54,605 bases of DNA from Alphaproteobacteria bacterium. GTDB lineage: Bacteria > Pseudomonadota > Alphaproteobacteria > SMXP01. The position numbers and the translations under genes are program-made. Positions 44,519 through 54,605 of this stretch are shown here, piece by piece. Every line of letters begins with the position of its first letter. Position 1 is the first letter of the stretch. The notes under the pieces were generated by a model. The model was not told the DNA's origin. It saw nothing but the letters and a program-made list of their open reading frames with translations, and searched no databases. The stretch is from assembly GCA_021774915.1 (NCBI GenBank), contig JAJFIO010000054.1, positions 1 through 54,605 on the forward strand. The letters run 5' to 3'.

Positions 44519-46295
44519 AAACGAGCCAATCCTCCGCACAAAATCCACGGCGCAGCGAGAGCAGATATTCCACGGCCTGGGCGTATCGCCGGGCATTGTC
44601 ATCGGCCCTGCTTATGTGGTGGAACGGGGCGCTGTTTCTGTGCCGGAATATATGGTCCCCGTATCGCGGGTAACTGCTGAATTGGCCAGATTTGCGCAAG
44701 CCGTCAGCAAGTCGGTCGCGCAGTTAGGGGCCCTCAAACAACGGGTTCACAGTCAAGAGGGCGCAGCTTCAGAAGATCTGGAAGGGCTGCTTGAGGCCCA
44801 TATGCGCATGCTCACCGGTTCACGATTGATCCGGGGTGTTGACGCCCGCATCACCGAACACCGAATCAATGCCGAAGCGGCCGTGCAAGCTGTAACAACT
44901 GAATTCATGGACCAGTACAGCGCGATCGCCGATAGCTATCTGGCTGGTCGGATTCACGACATATCGGATGTCGCGAATCGTTTGATCCGTAATCTGAATA
45001 AGGTGGAAGTTCACAGCTTCACCAACCTGCCGCGCGGCTCTATTATTGTGGCTGACGATATCACACCCGCCGATACCGCGCTGATGGAACCCCGGCGAAT
45101 TGGAGGGATTGTTAGTGCTCTGGGTGGCGCACAAAGCCATACCGCCATCATGGCGCGCTCCTTAGGCCTTCCGGCCAGCTTGGCTGTTGCCGGGATTGTC
45201 TCTGCGGCAGGCACGGGACGAACTTTGATTCTGGATGGGGGCGAAGGACGCGTGATTGCCGATCCGACCGCAGAGACGATCGCACATTTTACAGAACTAC
45301 GCATGCAGTATCGCAAAAAGCGCCGGCAACTTTATCGCCAGCGCAAATTACCTGCCATCACCCGCAATGGGATCGACATCACCTTACAGGCCAATGTGGA
45401 GCTTCCCTTGGAATTGGAGGCGGCAAAGGCCAATGGCGCGCAAGGGATCGGTCTGCTGAGAACCGAGTTCATGTTTATGAACCGCGAGACATTGCCAGAT
45501 GAAGACGAGCAATTTGAAACCCTCGCCACTTTCGTGACCGGCATGGCAGGACAGCCGGTCACCATCCGCACTCTCGATATCGGTGGGGATAAAGTGTCAA
45601 ATGTCCTGCGACGCTATCTTGAATCACAAAACTTGCCCGATTCCGGGACGAGCGATAATCCGGCTTTGGGATTGCGGGCGATCCGGTTGGGTTTGAAATG
45701 CAGACCCTTATTAGACACCCAGTTAGCGGCCATTTTAAGAGTTGCTCGGCTGGGCCCCGTGCGCATTTTGCTGCCGATGATCATGTCTGTGTCCGAAGTG
45801 CACCAAATGCGCGCCGCGATAAACCAAGCACGTAACAAGATTGCTACCCGGGGCGCGCCGACGCCCAGCCCCCTGCCCCCCTTGGGCGCCATGATCGAAG
45901 TCCCAGCCGCCGCTTTGATCGGCGAGAGCCTTGCCAAAGAGGTGGACTTTTTTTCAATCGGCACCAATGACCTCACCCAATACACATTGGCCATTGACCG
46001 AGGCAATGAGCAAGTAGCCGATCTTTATGACCCGACCCACCCCGCCGTTCTGCGTCTGATTGAACTGACGGTAAAGGCCGCACAGCAAGCCGGTATAGAT
46101 GTAAATATCTGCGGCGAAATGGCGGGAGATGAACGCTGTGTGCCATACCTCTTGGGCTTGGGTATTCGGGATCTGTCTATGTCGGCCGGATCTCTCTCCC
46201 GGGTTAAGCGCTGCATTCGCGCACTCGATGATACCGCCTACCGGCAAGCCTCAAACATATTCACGCCGCCAGCCGGAGCTGAAATCAAAACATAA
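44508..46295 (+). CDS. ptsI: phosphoenolpyruvate-protein phosphotransferase (enzyme I, no GAF domain)
   Basis: GLGVSPGIVIGPAYV, GGAQSHTAIMARSLGLPA, GLLRTEFMF, SIGTNDLTQYTLA. ATG 44508 overlaps the end of ptsH. Confidence 0.85.
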   Translation: MKIENEPILRTKSTAQREQIFHGLGVSPGIVIGPAYVVERGAVSVPEYMVPVSRVTAELARFAQAVSKSVAQLGALKQRVHSQEGAASEDLEGLLEAHMRMLTGSRLIRGVDARITEHRINAEAAVQAVTTEFMDQYSAIADSYLAGRIHDISDVANRLIRNLNKVEVHSFTNLPRGSIIVADDITPADTALMEPRRIGGIVSALGGAQSHTAIMARSLGLPASLAVAGIVSAAGTGRTLILDGGEGRVIADPTAETIAHFTELRMQYRKKRRQLYRQRKLPAITRNGIDITLQANVELPLELEAAKANGAQGIGLLRTEFMFMNRETLPDEDEQFETLATFVTGMAGQPVTIRTLDIGGDKVSNVLRRYLESQNLPDSGTSDNPALGLRAIRLGLKCRPLLDTQLAAILRVARLGPVRILLPMIMSVSEVHQMRAAINQARNKIATRGAPTPSPLPPLGAMIEVPAAALIGESLAKEVDFFSIGTNDLTQYTLAIDRGNEQVADLYDPTHPAVLRLIELTVKAAQQAGIDVNICGEMAGDERCVPYLLGLGIRDLSMSAGSLSRVKRCIRALDDTAYRQASNIFTPPAGAEIKT

Positions 46296-46403
46296 AGGTT
46301 TCCTTATATTTAACTTGCCGCTGCTATACCCCCCTGATATACAAACAGGCGCAAGGCTCTCCCGGGCCTTCTATAGTTCACTCACCACGAAGGAATCCGA
46401 TCA

Positions 46404-47714
46404 ATGAACGCCTCCACCCACTCTCATGAAAACGACTATAAAGTCGCCGACATTTCATTGGCAGATTGGGGGCACAAGGAAATAGCCATCGCAGAGACCG
46501 AAATGCCTGGCTTGATGTCTTTACGTGCCACCTATGGAGAAACAAAACCTCTCAAAGGAGCCCGGATAACCGGATGCCTTCATATGACCATTCAAACGGC
46601 GGTGTTGATTGATACACTGGTGGATCTGGGCGCAGAAATCCGGTGGTCGTCGTGCAATATTTTTTCGACCCAGGATCAGGCCGCCGCGGCTATAGCCGAT
46701 AAGGGCATACCGGTTTTCGCCTGGAAGGGGGAATCGGAAGAGGAATATTTATGGTGCATCGACCAGACCATCAAGGGCCCGAACGGATGGCACCCGAATA
46801 TCCTGCTCGATGACGGCGGCGACCTCACCCAGATCATGCATGAGAGATTCCCCAATCTGCTGGACGATGTGGTGGGTGTTTCTGAAGAAACCACGACAGG
46901 TGTTTTGCGGCTTTACGAGATGGCAAAGGCAGACACGCTGAAAATCCCGGCGATCAACGTCAATGATTCCGTCACCAAATCCAAATTCGATAATCTCTAT
47001 GGCTGCCGGGAAAGCTTGGTGGACGGGATCAAACGGGCGACTGACGTCATGCTGGCGGGTAAAATCGCTGTGGTCTGTGGGTTTGGTGACGTCGGCAAAG
47101 GATCCGCCGAATCCCTGCGCAGCCAGGGCGCCCGGGTCATAGTCACGGAAATCGATCCCATCTGCGCGCTTCAGGCCGCCATGCAGGGGTATCAGGTCAC
47201 CACAATGAAGAATGCGGCCAGTGCCGGAGACATCTTCGTTACCACCACGGGCAATAAGGATGTCATCACTCTGGACCATATGCGCGAGATGAAAGACCGA
47301 GCCATCGTCTGCAATATCGGACATTTCGATTCGGAAATTCAGGTGGCTAATTTGCGCAATTACAAATGGCATAACGTCAAACCCCAAGTGGATGAGGTCG
47401 AATTTCCCGATGGCAAACGCATCATTCTGCTGGCCGAAGGGCGGCTGGTCAATCTGGGTTGCGGCACGGGCCACCCCAGCTTTGTGATGAGCGCCTCGTT
47501 CACCAATCAGGTTCTGGCGCAGATCGAATTGTGGCAGAATCAGGATAAATACGCCAATCAGGTCTATGTCCTGCCCAAACATCTGGATGAAAAAGTGGCG
47601 ACGCTGCATCTGGGGCGTTTGGGCGCCGAGCTGACACAATTGACCGATGATCAGGCCGACTATATCGGAGTGCCGAAGGAAGGTCCGTTTAAACCTGAGC
47701 ATTACCGTTATTAA
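46404..47714 (+). CDS. ahcY: adenosylhomocysteinase
   Basis: [60 protein letters not shown], and a YRY C-terminus. Confidence 0.93.
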   Translation: MNASTHSHENDYKVADISLADWGHKEIAIAETEMPGLMSLRATYGETKPLKGARITGCLHMTIQTAVLIDTLVDLGAEIRWSSCNIFSTQDQAAAAIADKGIPVFAWKGESEEEYLWCIDQTIKGPNGWHPNILLDDGGDLTQIMHERFPNLLDDVVGVSEETTTGVLRLYEMAKADTLKIPAINVNDSVTKSKFDNLYGCRESLVDGIKRATDVMLAGKIAVVCGFGDVGKGSAESLRSQGARVIVTEIDPICALQAAMQGYQVTTMKNAASAGDIFVTTTGNKDVITLDHMREMKDRAIVCNIGHFDSEIQVANLRNYKWHNVKPQVDEVEFPDGKRIILLAEGRLVNLGCGTGHPSFVMSASFTNQVLAQIELWQNQDKYANQVYVLPKHLDEKVATLHLGRLGAELTQLTDDQADYIGVPKEGPFKPEHYRY

Positions 47715-47834
47715 TCTGATTTGCCCCTCGCAGCGCCTGAAACCTGTTGACAGGCAAAAGGATTCCGGGCTTCGATAGGACCCTAATGGGCCAGAGGATG
47801 CGGCGTTGATTTCAGGTGCGGGGTCAGCTTTCGT

Positions 47835-50800
47835 TTGGCTCGCGTCAATCTGAGAGGGCGGCTTTGCGCTTACCCTGACATTTCTGCGTGGAACACGCCT
47901 GATATGGTTATATTGCGAGCCGCTCATAAGGAACAGGAACATCAAGGATTGTCCGACTCTGAATCGGCTGGCCAGTCATCAGTGTGGCTGTTCCTGGCGC
48001 GTCTCGGAGTGGCTATCTGCCTCATGGGCGGAGCTGACCGGCTAGCCGCGCAAGAAAGCGCGCCTCAAGAGGTTTTGGAACCAGTACAGCTTCCCAATGA
48101 ACCCGAACAGCCAAACGAAGTCCAAGAGCCGTCACCCGTAGAAACGCTGCACATTTTTGATGATCTGAATATCCTGTCGATTATCGCGCCTGACGGGAAC
48201 TTAGGAGAGAACCTGCAGGGACTGCGGATCATAGGCCCTCGTGACGCCAACACGGGCGGGGACGGTCTGATTACCCTGTCACCGACTCTACCACCTATCC
48301 TGGATCTACCGGAAGTGACTGCGGTGCCTGAGTCCACCCCCGCAATCTCCTTCCCCTCTCTTAAGTCCGAACCCGACCTTCGGCCGATGTCCAGCATTCC
48401 CCCGGTAGAAATACCGGACTTGCCCTCGGAAACTCTCGACAGCGAAACACCTCCACCGAACACTTCTCCTCAAGCTCAGCCCCTGGAGTCCCAGGCAGAG
48501 TTTTCAGAAGATCAGACAATCCTTCCTTTAAGCCCAGGTCCTGAGGCTCCCCTTTTCAACTTTTTATCTCTGCTGATCACCGCAGGGGCCATCGCCCTTG
48601 CCATCGGCATGGCGTTGTGGGCCCTACGGCTGAACAGTAATGTCCGGGCGGTCACTTCCGGATGGCGCGCGCGGTTCGCCGTGCTGGAGGCCAAACTTGA
48701 TCGCGCGGAAACCATCTTTAACGCCCAGCCTGACCTGGTGCTTGTCTGGGATGAAGATCAGGAACAGCCGGCAAACGGTTTTGGCCGCCCCAAAGTCCTC
48801 GGCAATCCGGCCACCTTAGGCACCCTGCTCAGCTATGCTGAAGGTAGCGATGGCTCAACGCCGGTTGAAGGCATTCTCTACGGCCTTGCCCGGCAAACTA
48901 TCGAGCAAGGCGATGCGGTTGCAGCGCTGTTACGACAGGAAGAGGAAACCCAGTCTGAAGCGGCTGCCACTCCCAGCCTGGTCGAGGCGGTGCAGGATTT
49001 ACGCTGGAACGGCACCACCTTCTCGCTGGTCATCAAATGCTTTGATGGACGTGAAATTGAGGTCGAAGGCCGTCCGGCGGGCGCTCAAGCTGTTGTCTGG
49101 CTCACGGACGTTACGTCAAAAGGGCGCGGTGTCAATTTGCTCCGCGATAAACTTGCTCAGATTCGCGAAGACAGCGACCAGATACGCGGTCTGCTGGACG
49201 CCGCTCCTTTTCCCGTCTGGCGCCGGTCATCGGACCTCAAACTCTCCTGGGTCAATCAGGCTTATGCGGATGCGGTAGATTTGCCGGATCCGGATGAGGT
49301 CGTGAGCGCTTCCATGGAACTGGATAGGTCAACTCTGGCGTTAACTCATCACGTCAAGGAAACCGGTGAGACAGGAAATGAAAAACAATATGTCGTGATC
49401 AATGGACGGCGGCGGGCCTTTGATCTCATTGAAATGCCCCATGAAGGCGGCATTGTGGGAATGGCGCTGGATGTCACGGGCGCTGATGATGCCGAACAGG
49501 AACTGCAACGCCATCTGGACGCTCATGCACAGACGCTCGATAAATTGGCAACGGCTGTCGCCATTTTTGGGCCAGAAAAAAGACTTCAGTTTTACAACCA
49601 AGCATATGCCAATCTCTGGCACCTTGATCCAGCCTGGCTCGATACCTCGCCCGGCGATTCTGAGATTCTAGACCGCCTGCAGCAAACGCGCCTTTTGCCC
49701 GAACAAGCGGATTATAAAGCATGGCGCGATCACAGACTTTCCCTTTATACGGAAGTATCCGAACAACCCGACGAATTATGGCACCTGCCTGACTCGCGCC
49801 ATTTGCGCGTGGCTTGTCAACCTCATCCGATGGGAGGCCTATTATTCCTCTTTGAGGACGTGACCGACCGCTTCTCTCTTGAATCGTCTCTCAACACAGT
49901 CATGAAGGTGCAAAAAGCAACACTGGACAATCTAAATGAAGGTGTGGCGGTATTCGGCAGCGATGGAAAACTGGAACTCTATAATAAATCATTCGTGGAA
50001 ATCTGGCGCCTGCAAAGCTCCAAACTTAAAAAGCAACCGCATTTTACGCGTGTTGTCGAATGGTGCCAGCCCCTGTTTGAGGGGGATCAGGAATGGGCGC
50101 GCATGGCGGAGCGCATCACCTCATTCAGTGAAGAACGTCATCCTCTGGCGGGCCGCTTGGAAAGAAACGATGCTTCCGTCATTGATTATGCCATTTTACC
50201 TTTACCTAATGGCGCAACGCTTCTCACTTATCTCGACGTCACCGACACTACACGCATTACCGGCGCCTTGCGTGAACGCAATGAAGCCTTGGAAACGGCG
50301 GACCGGCTGAAGTCCGAATTCATCTCCCATGTGTCCTATCAATTGCGAACACCGCTCACGACCGTCAAGGGCTTTGCGGAAATGCTCGAAGGCAACATGG
50401 CGGGCGTCTTAAGTCAGCAGCAAAAAGACTATTCTCATGCAATACTGGAAGCCTCCAACCAGTTGATGGTGTTGATGGATGATATTTTGGATTTGGCGCG
50501 AATCGAGGCTGGCGTCATGTCCCTTGATCTATCGGACGTCGACCTGTTTTCCGTTCTGTCTAATTCCCAAACTCTTGCTCAACGCCAGGCGGACGAGTCC
50601 AACATTACCCTCGAGCTGAGCGTTGATCCGCGCATTGGAACCATTCATGCAGACGAACGCCGCCTGCGGCAGATTCTATTTAATCTGGTGACCAACGCCA
50701 TCAGCTACACAGGACCAAGTGGAATTATCACGATCGGTGCCGAGCGGGCCGCTAGTGAAGTGCGCATTTGGGTGGCCGACAATGGCAGTGGGATCGCCCC

Positions 50801-51029
50801 GCAAGATCAAGCAACCGTGTTCGATCGCTTCGAAAGCAAAGGTGCGGGCGGGCGGCGGCGCGGCGCCGGTCTCGGCCTGTCTTTGGTGCGCAGCTTCGTC
50901 GAACTCCATGGCGGCTGGGTTGCTTTGGATTCAAACTTGCAGATCGGCACTAAAGTAGTGTGCCACATGCCAATTGAGGCTCAGAGGGAAGATGATGAGC
51001 CCCTCCCCGATCAAAGTGCAGCGGAATAA
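47835..51029 (+). CDS. PAS-domain sensor histidine kinase with a Pro-rich N-terminal region
   Basis: H-box SEFISHVSYQLRTPLTTVKGF, an N box (NLVTNAISYT) and G boxes (DNGSGIAP, GAGLGLSLV). There is one clear TM segment (LFNFLSLLITAGAIALAIGMALWAL). The start is uncertain; internal candidates are ATG 47904 and a GTG near 47983 that would give a signal-peptide-like N-terminus. Confidence 0.8.
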   Translation: MARVNLRGRLCAYPDISAWNTPDMVILRAAHKEQEHQGLSDSESAGQSSVWLFLARLGVAICLMGGADRLAAQESAPQEVLEPVQLPNEPEQPNEVQEPSPVETLHIFDDLNILSIIAPDGNLGENLQGLRIIGPRDANTGGDGLITLSPTLPPILDLPEVTAVPESTPAISFPSLKSEPDLRPMSSIPPVEIPDLPSETLDSETPPPNTSPQAQPLESQAEFSEDQTILPLSPGPEAPLFNFLSLLITAGAIALAIGMALWALRLNSNVRAVTSGWRARFAVLEAKLDRAETIFNAQPDLVLVWDEDQEQPANGFGRPKVLGNPATLGTLLSYAEGSDGSTPVEGILYGLARQTIEQGDAVAALLRQEEETQSEAAATPSLVEAVQDLRWNGTTFSLVIKCFDGREIEVEGRPAGAQAVVWLTDVTSKGRGVNLLRDKLAQIREDSDQIRGLLDAAPFPVWRRSSDLKLSWVNQAYADAVDLPDPDEVVSASMELDRSTLALTHHVKETGETGNEKQYVVINGRRRAFDLIEMPHEGGIVGMALDVTGADDAEQELQRHLDAHAQTLDKLATAVAIFGPEKRLQFYNQAYANLWHLDPAWLDTSPGDSEILDRLQQTRLLPEQADYKAWRDHRLSLYTEVSEQPDELWHLPDSRHLRVACQPHPMGGLLFLFEDVTDRFSLESSLNTVMKVQKATLDNLNEGVAVFGSDGKLELYNKSFVEIWRLQSSKLKKQPHFTRVVEWCQPLFEGDQEWARMAERITSFSEERHPLAGRLERNDASVIDYAILPLPNGATLLTYLDVTDTTRITGALRERNEALETADRLKSEFISHVSYQLRTPLTTVKGFAEMLEGNMAGVLSQQQKDYSHAILEASNQLMVLMDDILDLARIEAGVMSLDLSDVDLFSVLSNSQTLAQRQADESNITLELSVDPRIGTIHADERRLRQILFNLVTNAISYTGPSGIITIGAERAASEVRIWVADNGSGIAPQDQATVFDRFESKGAGGRRRGAGLGLSLVRSFVELHGGWVALDSNLQIGTKVVCHMPIEAQREDDEPLPDQSAAE

Positions 51030-51116
51030 AAACACTAGAGCGCGTTCACAAAACATGGAATCAAATTAGGGGATTCCCTTTTTTAACGAACAGGGTGATG
51101 ATTCTCCCGAGAGGAG

Positions 51117-51235
51117 ATGATCATGGTTCGAGCTTATTCTGATGATTTGCGTATTCGTGTGGTCCGTGCCGTTGAAGAGGGTGGGATCAGCGCGCGCAGT
51201 GCGGGCCGACGCTTTGGCATTAGAGCGGGTCATTA
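51117..51235 (+). pseudogene. IS630-family transposase N-terminal fragment
   Basis: MVRAYSDDLRIRVVRAVEEGGISARSAGRRFGI matches the IS630 N-terminal HTH pattern (AYS.DLR.RVV.AVE.GG.S.R.AA.RFG). The similarity ends after about 38 codons. Confidence 0.55.
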
Positions 51236-51314
51236 TATGACTGAATCGAAAAGGGATTCCAAAATAACGAGTGATGCTCTAGGTGTTTTGCTTTGTGAAA
51301 ATTTGAAAAAATCC

Positions 51315-51635
51315 CTACCCTTGTGTTTCGGGTAGCCGGATGATGAGCCCATCAAGAGTGTCGTCAACTTCTATTTGACAGGATAACCGGCTGGTCTTCT
51401 GCACATCTTCAGCAAAATCAAGCATGCTGAGTTCCATCTCGCCGGGTGTGCCGGTCTTCTCCTGCCAGTCCGGATCGACATAAACATGACAAGTGGCACA
51501 CGCGCAGGCGCCACCGCAATCGGCATCAATTCCCGGAATGAGGTTTTTCACAGCGCCTTCCATCACATTCAACCCTGAAGCCACATCCACTTCATGTCGT
51601 GTGCCGTCGAATTCAATATAGGTGATCTTTGCCAT
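51315..51635 (-). CDS. 2Fe-2S ferredoxin (adrenodoxin type)
   Basis: [14 protein letters not shown] plus a distal Cys (LSCQI). Confidence 0.85.
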   Translation of the reverse strand: MAKITYIEFDGTRHEVDVASGLNVMEGAVKNLIPGIDADCGGACACATCHVYVDPDWQEKTGTPGEMELSMLDFAEDVQKTSRLSCQIEVDDTLDGLIIRLPETQG

Positions 51636-51662
51636 TCATAAACTTTCGGGATGTGTTTGCTT

Positions 51663-52913
51663 TTACTCAGCCATAGATTTCATAGGAATTGACATGTCCG
51701 CCAGCCGTTCCGGCGCAATCCGGGCATGGGCTGCAATCAATTTGCGCGATACCATATATTCCGGAACCGCATTGATAGCGTCAGTAGCGATGAGCACGCC
51801 CTCTTTAAGGTAAAACGCGGCGAACTTACGGGCAGACGGATCGCCGCGCAAGACAATCTGGTCGTATCCTTGGCTCAATCCGGCAATCTGAAGTTTAACA
51901 TCATATTGATCGGACCAGAACCAGGGAACCTGATTGTATTCAGTCAAGATGCCGCACATGGCGGCGGCGGCGGTTTTGGCTTGTTCCAACGCATTATGGA
52001 CGGATTCGAGTCTGAGGCGCCGCCCATAAACCCCATTGGGGTGATTGGTGCAATCTCCTGCGGCAAAGATATCCGGATCTTGCGTTCGGCAGCTGGTATC
52101 AACCACAATACCATTATCGACAGCAAGCCCGGCCTCTCTCGCGAGCTCCTGATTAGGGACGATCCCGACGCCAATCACTGCGATATCCGCTTGCCACACC
52201 GACCCATCCGCACAAACCACACGTTCGAGCTTGCCTACCCCTTCCAATGCCGATACCGCTTGGCCGGTCTTGATGGTCACACCTTCCTCCGCATGGAGCG
52301 ATTCAAAAAAATCGGAGACTTCCCTGCCTACAGCCCGGGCCATAACACGGGATTCGGCTTCCAGCACCGTGACATCGAGCCCGAGTTTCTTAGTAGAAGC
52401 GGCAACTTCCAAGCCGATATACCCGCCGCCGACAATGACGATTTTTGCACCTTTTGTGCAATAAGCGCGTATGCCTTCGACATCATCAATGGTGCGCAGA
52501 TACAATACGCCCGGCAGGTCAACGCCGGGCAAAGGAATTGCGCGGATGCGCGAACCGGTGGTCAGCAACGCCTTATCGTAGGAAATCACACGCCCATCAT
52601 CCAGAGTGACGGTTTTCCTATTCCGGTCAAGCTGTGTCACGGTCGTGTCCAGCAGCAATTCGATGTCATTTTTTGCGTAATAATCGGGAGGTTTGAAATA
52701 TAATCGATCAAGCGCCAGGTCGCCCGACAAAAACGCTTTGGACAAGGCGGGGCGTTGATAGGGCGCGTAAGATTCTTCACCAATCAGAATGAGCCGTCCC
52801 TTAAAGCCTTTGGATCGCAAGGTCACCGCAGCTTGGCCCGCAGCGTGCCCAGCGCCAATCACAATATAGGTTTCTTGGGCCTCCCCTTGAGCCTGATCGC
52901 CCGATGCCATCAC
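51663..52913 (-). CDS. NAD(P)H-dependent ferredoxin reductase (FAD/NAD-binding oxidoreductase)
   Basis: IVIGAGHAAGQ and VIVGGGYIGLEVA dinucleotide folds, plus IFAAGDC. Confidence 0.85.
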   Translation of the reverse strand: MMASGDQAQGEAQETYIVIGAGHAAGQAAVTLRSKGFKGRLILIGEESYAPYQRPALSKAFLSGDLALDRLYFKPPDYYAKNDIELLLDTTVTQLDRNRKTVTLDDGRVISYDKALLTTGSRIRAIPLPGVDLPGVLYLRTIDDVEGIRAYCTKGAKIVIVGGGYIGLEVAASTKKLGLDVTVLEAESRVMARAVGREVSDFFESLHAEEGVTIKTGQAVSALEGVGKLERVVCADGSVWQADIAVIGVGIVPNQELAREAGLAVDNGIVVDTSCRTQDPDIFAAGDCTNHPNGVYGRRLRLESVHNALEQAKTAAAAMCGILTEYNQVPWFWSDQYDVKLQIAGLSQGYDQIVLRGDPSARKFAAFYLKEGVLIATDAINAVPEYMVSRKLIAAHARIAPERLADMSIPMKSMAE

Positions 52914-53095
52914 CTCTCCTTTTATTTACTTGTTGGGACCTTCTTCAGAATGGGCGCTACCATGTCGAAGGTGGGATGAGGAATCAAGATCCTATTTGGC
53001 ACATATCCGAACCTTGTGCTTATCTGTCGCTCATTTTGAGGTTCTTTTGTTGTTTGCGGCGTAAGAGAACGATAAAGATAAAAAGCGAGACAATT

Positions 53096-53638
53096 ATGCC
53101 AATAATTTGTTTAAGGCAGGAGAGAGAGAGCCATTTGTCTGAAGTGTCACAAATAGTTCTGGACCTTGCCGATGAGGAAGCAACGCTTGACCTAGGGCGG
53201 TGCTTGAGTCCCCTCCTGGGACAAGGAGATTTTGTCGCCCTCCGCGGGTCACTGGGCGCGGGAAAAACCACTCTGGCGCGCGGTCTCATTCAAGCAGCCC
53301 AAGCACTCCATGGCGTGCCGGAGCGGATCACCAGCCCGACCTTTACGCTGGTGCAAACCTACCAGGCGGGGTCTTTAACTTTCTGGCATTTTGATCTCTA
53401 CCGGGTGGAGGCAGAAACGGAAGTGCGAGAACTGGGGCTCGACGAAGCGGTGGATGAGGGGACCGCTCTGGTTGAGTGGCCCGAGCGACTGGGTGCGGCC
53501 CTGCCGGAAGACAGATTGGATATTGAGTTGAAGACCATTACACAGGGCCGCCAAGCCATTCTTGAAGGATGGGGAAACTGGCGGATGCGGCTGAATGAGA
53601 TCCGTACGCAAAAGAAGCTCGGCAAGGTGGGCGCATGA
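53096..53638 (+). CDS. tsaE: tRNA t6A37 biosynthesis ATPase TsaE
   Basis: LRGSLGAGKTTLARGLI, SPTFTLVQTY, HFDLYR, VEWPE. The start is taken at ATG 53096. Confidence 0.8.
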   Translation: MPIICLRQERESHLSEVSQIVLDLADEEATLDLGRCLSPLLGQGDFVALRGSLGAGKTTLARGLIQAAQALHGVPERITSPTFTLVQTYQAGSLTFWHFDLYRVEAETEVRELGLDEAVDEGTALVEWPERLGAALPEDRLDIELKTITQGRQAILEGWGNWRMRLNEIRTQKKLGKVGA

Positions 53639-54605
53639 CGGATAGCACTGAACGGGCAGAACAGCTCACAGATTTTCTCAGTAGGGCCGGTTGGGGCGAA
53701 GCGGCGCGGCATTCACTGGCAGGGGACGCCTCATCCCGGCGCTATGAACGCCTGACCGGCGATGCGGGGAGTGCGGTGCTGATGGATGCGCCGCCCAGTG
53801 CCGAAACCCCGAGCTGCCCGCAAGGCGCCAGAGAAGAAGAGCGCCAAGCGCTGGGCTATAATGCGCTGGCGGCATTGGCGGGTGCCGATCTCGTGCCTTT
53901 TATGGCAATTGCCCGCTGGCTGTTCAACGCCGGGTTTAGTGCACCGCGCATATTGGCGGCTGATCCGAACCAGGGCTTTTTAATGCTTGAGGATCTGGGC
54001 AACGACCTTTTTGCCGCGCACTTGCGAACCCAAGGAGACGAGGACTCCCTTTACCGGGCGGCAACAGACGTTTTAAGCGCCCTTCATGAACAGGCTCTGC
54101 CGGAGACATGGCCGGGTCCAGAAGGCAAGGCCTATGCGCTAAAACCCTATGATCATACAGCCCTGAGCGCCGAGACCCATTTGCTCACGACATGGTATGC
54201 GCCGCTGGTTAAAGGCGAGACTTTATCGGAAGCGGCGCTGCAAGAGTTTGATCATCTGTGGCGCTCCCTCGGAGAGGCAATGCAGTCCGAACAGCCTGTT
54301 CTTGTGCTGCGAGATTACCATGCGGAAAACCTTCTATGGCTGCCGGAACGGGCACGCCTGGCGCGGGTGGGCCTGCTGGACTTTCAGGACGCAGTGTTGG
54401 GTCATCCGGCCTATGATCTGGTGTCTCTGTTGGAGGACGCCCGCCGGGATGTGCCGACCCAACTGGCTGACGCCATGGTGAACCGGTATGCAGCGCAGGC
54501 CAAGGCGGCCAATCGTGCGTTTGATGAGCAAGCGTTTCGTCTGGCCTATGCCGCCTGGGGCGCCCAGCGCAATGCGAAGATTTTGGGGATCTTTGCTCGT
54601 CTGGC
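53635..54605 (+). CDS. aminoglycoside-phosphotransferase-fold kinase (AmgK-like), 3' end outside the window
   Basis: Manual translation gives MTDSTERAEQLTDFLSRAGWGEAARHSLAGDASSRRYERL... and LRDYHAENLLWLPER...GLLDFQDAVLGHPAYDLVSLLEDAR. ATGA overlap with tsaE. It is not in the ORF track because it is open-ended. Confidence 0.7.
   Translation, partial: MTDSTERAEQLTDFLSRAGWGEAARHSLAGDASSRRYERLTGDAGSAVLMDAPPSAETPSCPQGAREEERQALGYNALAALAGADLVPFMAIARWLFNAGFSAPRILAADPNQGFLMLEDLGNDLFAAHLRTQGDEDSLYRAATDVLSALHEQALPETWPGPEGKAYALKPYDHTALSAETHLLTTWYAPLVKGETLSEAALQEFDHLWRSLGEAMQSEQPVLVLRDYHAENLLWLPERARLARVGLLDFQDAVLGHPAYDLVSLLEDARRDVPTQLADAMVNRYAAQAKAANRAFDEQAFRLAYAAWGAQRNAKILGIFARL

Noticed and set aside
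46296-46403. SAH or SAM riboswitch upstream of ahcY
   Set aside because: The leader has CAGGCGCAAGGCTC but lacks the conserved GAGGAGCG and AACGGCGCUC elements of the SAH riboswitch as I recall them. An Rfam scan would settle it.
51030-51306. MITE-like IS630 derivative with terminal inverted repeats (CACTAGAGC...TTCACAAAAC versus GCTCTAGGTG...TTTGTGAA)
   Set aside because: The two sub-motifs are individually inverted but occur in the wrong relative order for a true terminal inverted repeat. I only call the transposase fragment.

Overview
The window looks like alphaproteobacterial chromosome, based on chvI-chvG-hprK-EIIA(Man)-HPr-ptsI synteny plus polA, ahcY, tsaE and a PAS histidine kinase. 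The left 21 kb is catabolic and mosaic. It holds an isovalerate/leucine module (MCC beta, ivd, GntR regulator, SDR). It also holds a tetrahydrofolate-dependent aromatic O-demethylation module (LigM-like demethylase, metF, purU, folD, CoA-transferase A/B, TonB-dependent receptor), pabAB, and a pcp-like hydroquinone module (FAD monooxygenase, 2Fe-2S ferredoxin, maleylacetate reductase, LysR, PcpA/MhqO-type dioxygenase, TetR). Mobile-DNA relics are scattered through it: two Tn3/Tn21-type terminal-repeat relics, an IS3 orfA fragment and a truncated serine-recombinase gene. The centre (about 21.9-31.5 kb) is the accessory region. It contains a minimal type II-C CRISPR-Cas locus: cas9-cas1-cas2 and 20 copies of a 36-bp repeat with 19 spacers. 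I identify a divergent tracrRNA upstream of cas9. I argue that crRNAs are read antisense to the cas operon from an extended -10-like box inside every repeat. Next to the array is a roughly 3.3-kb integrative element (Rep_trans initiator, 63-aa acidic ORF, large serine recombinase) that abuts tRNA-Arg(CCG). An 18-bp imperfect copy of the tRNA 3' end at 21885 suggests the whole CRISPR-Cas plus element block is a tRNA-Arg island. Two spacers differ only at four synonymous codon positions and one spacer occurs twice. The right side is housekeeping. I did not recognise a clearly novel multi-gene system. The least explained items are the small element and its acidic ORF, the 576-aa protein beside chvI, and a 0.77-kb non-coding gap. 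All calls rest on reading the sequence and ORF track by eye; no searches were run.
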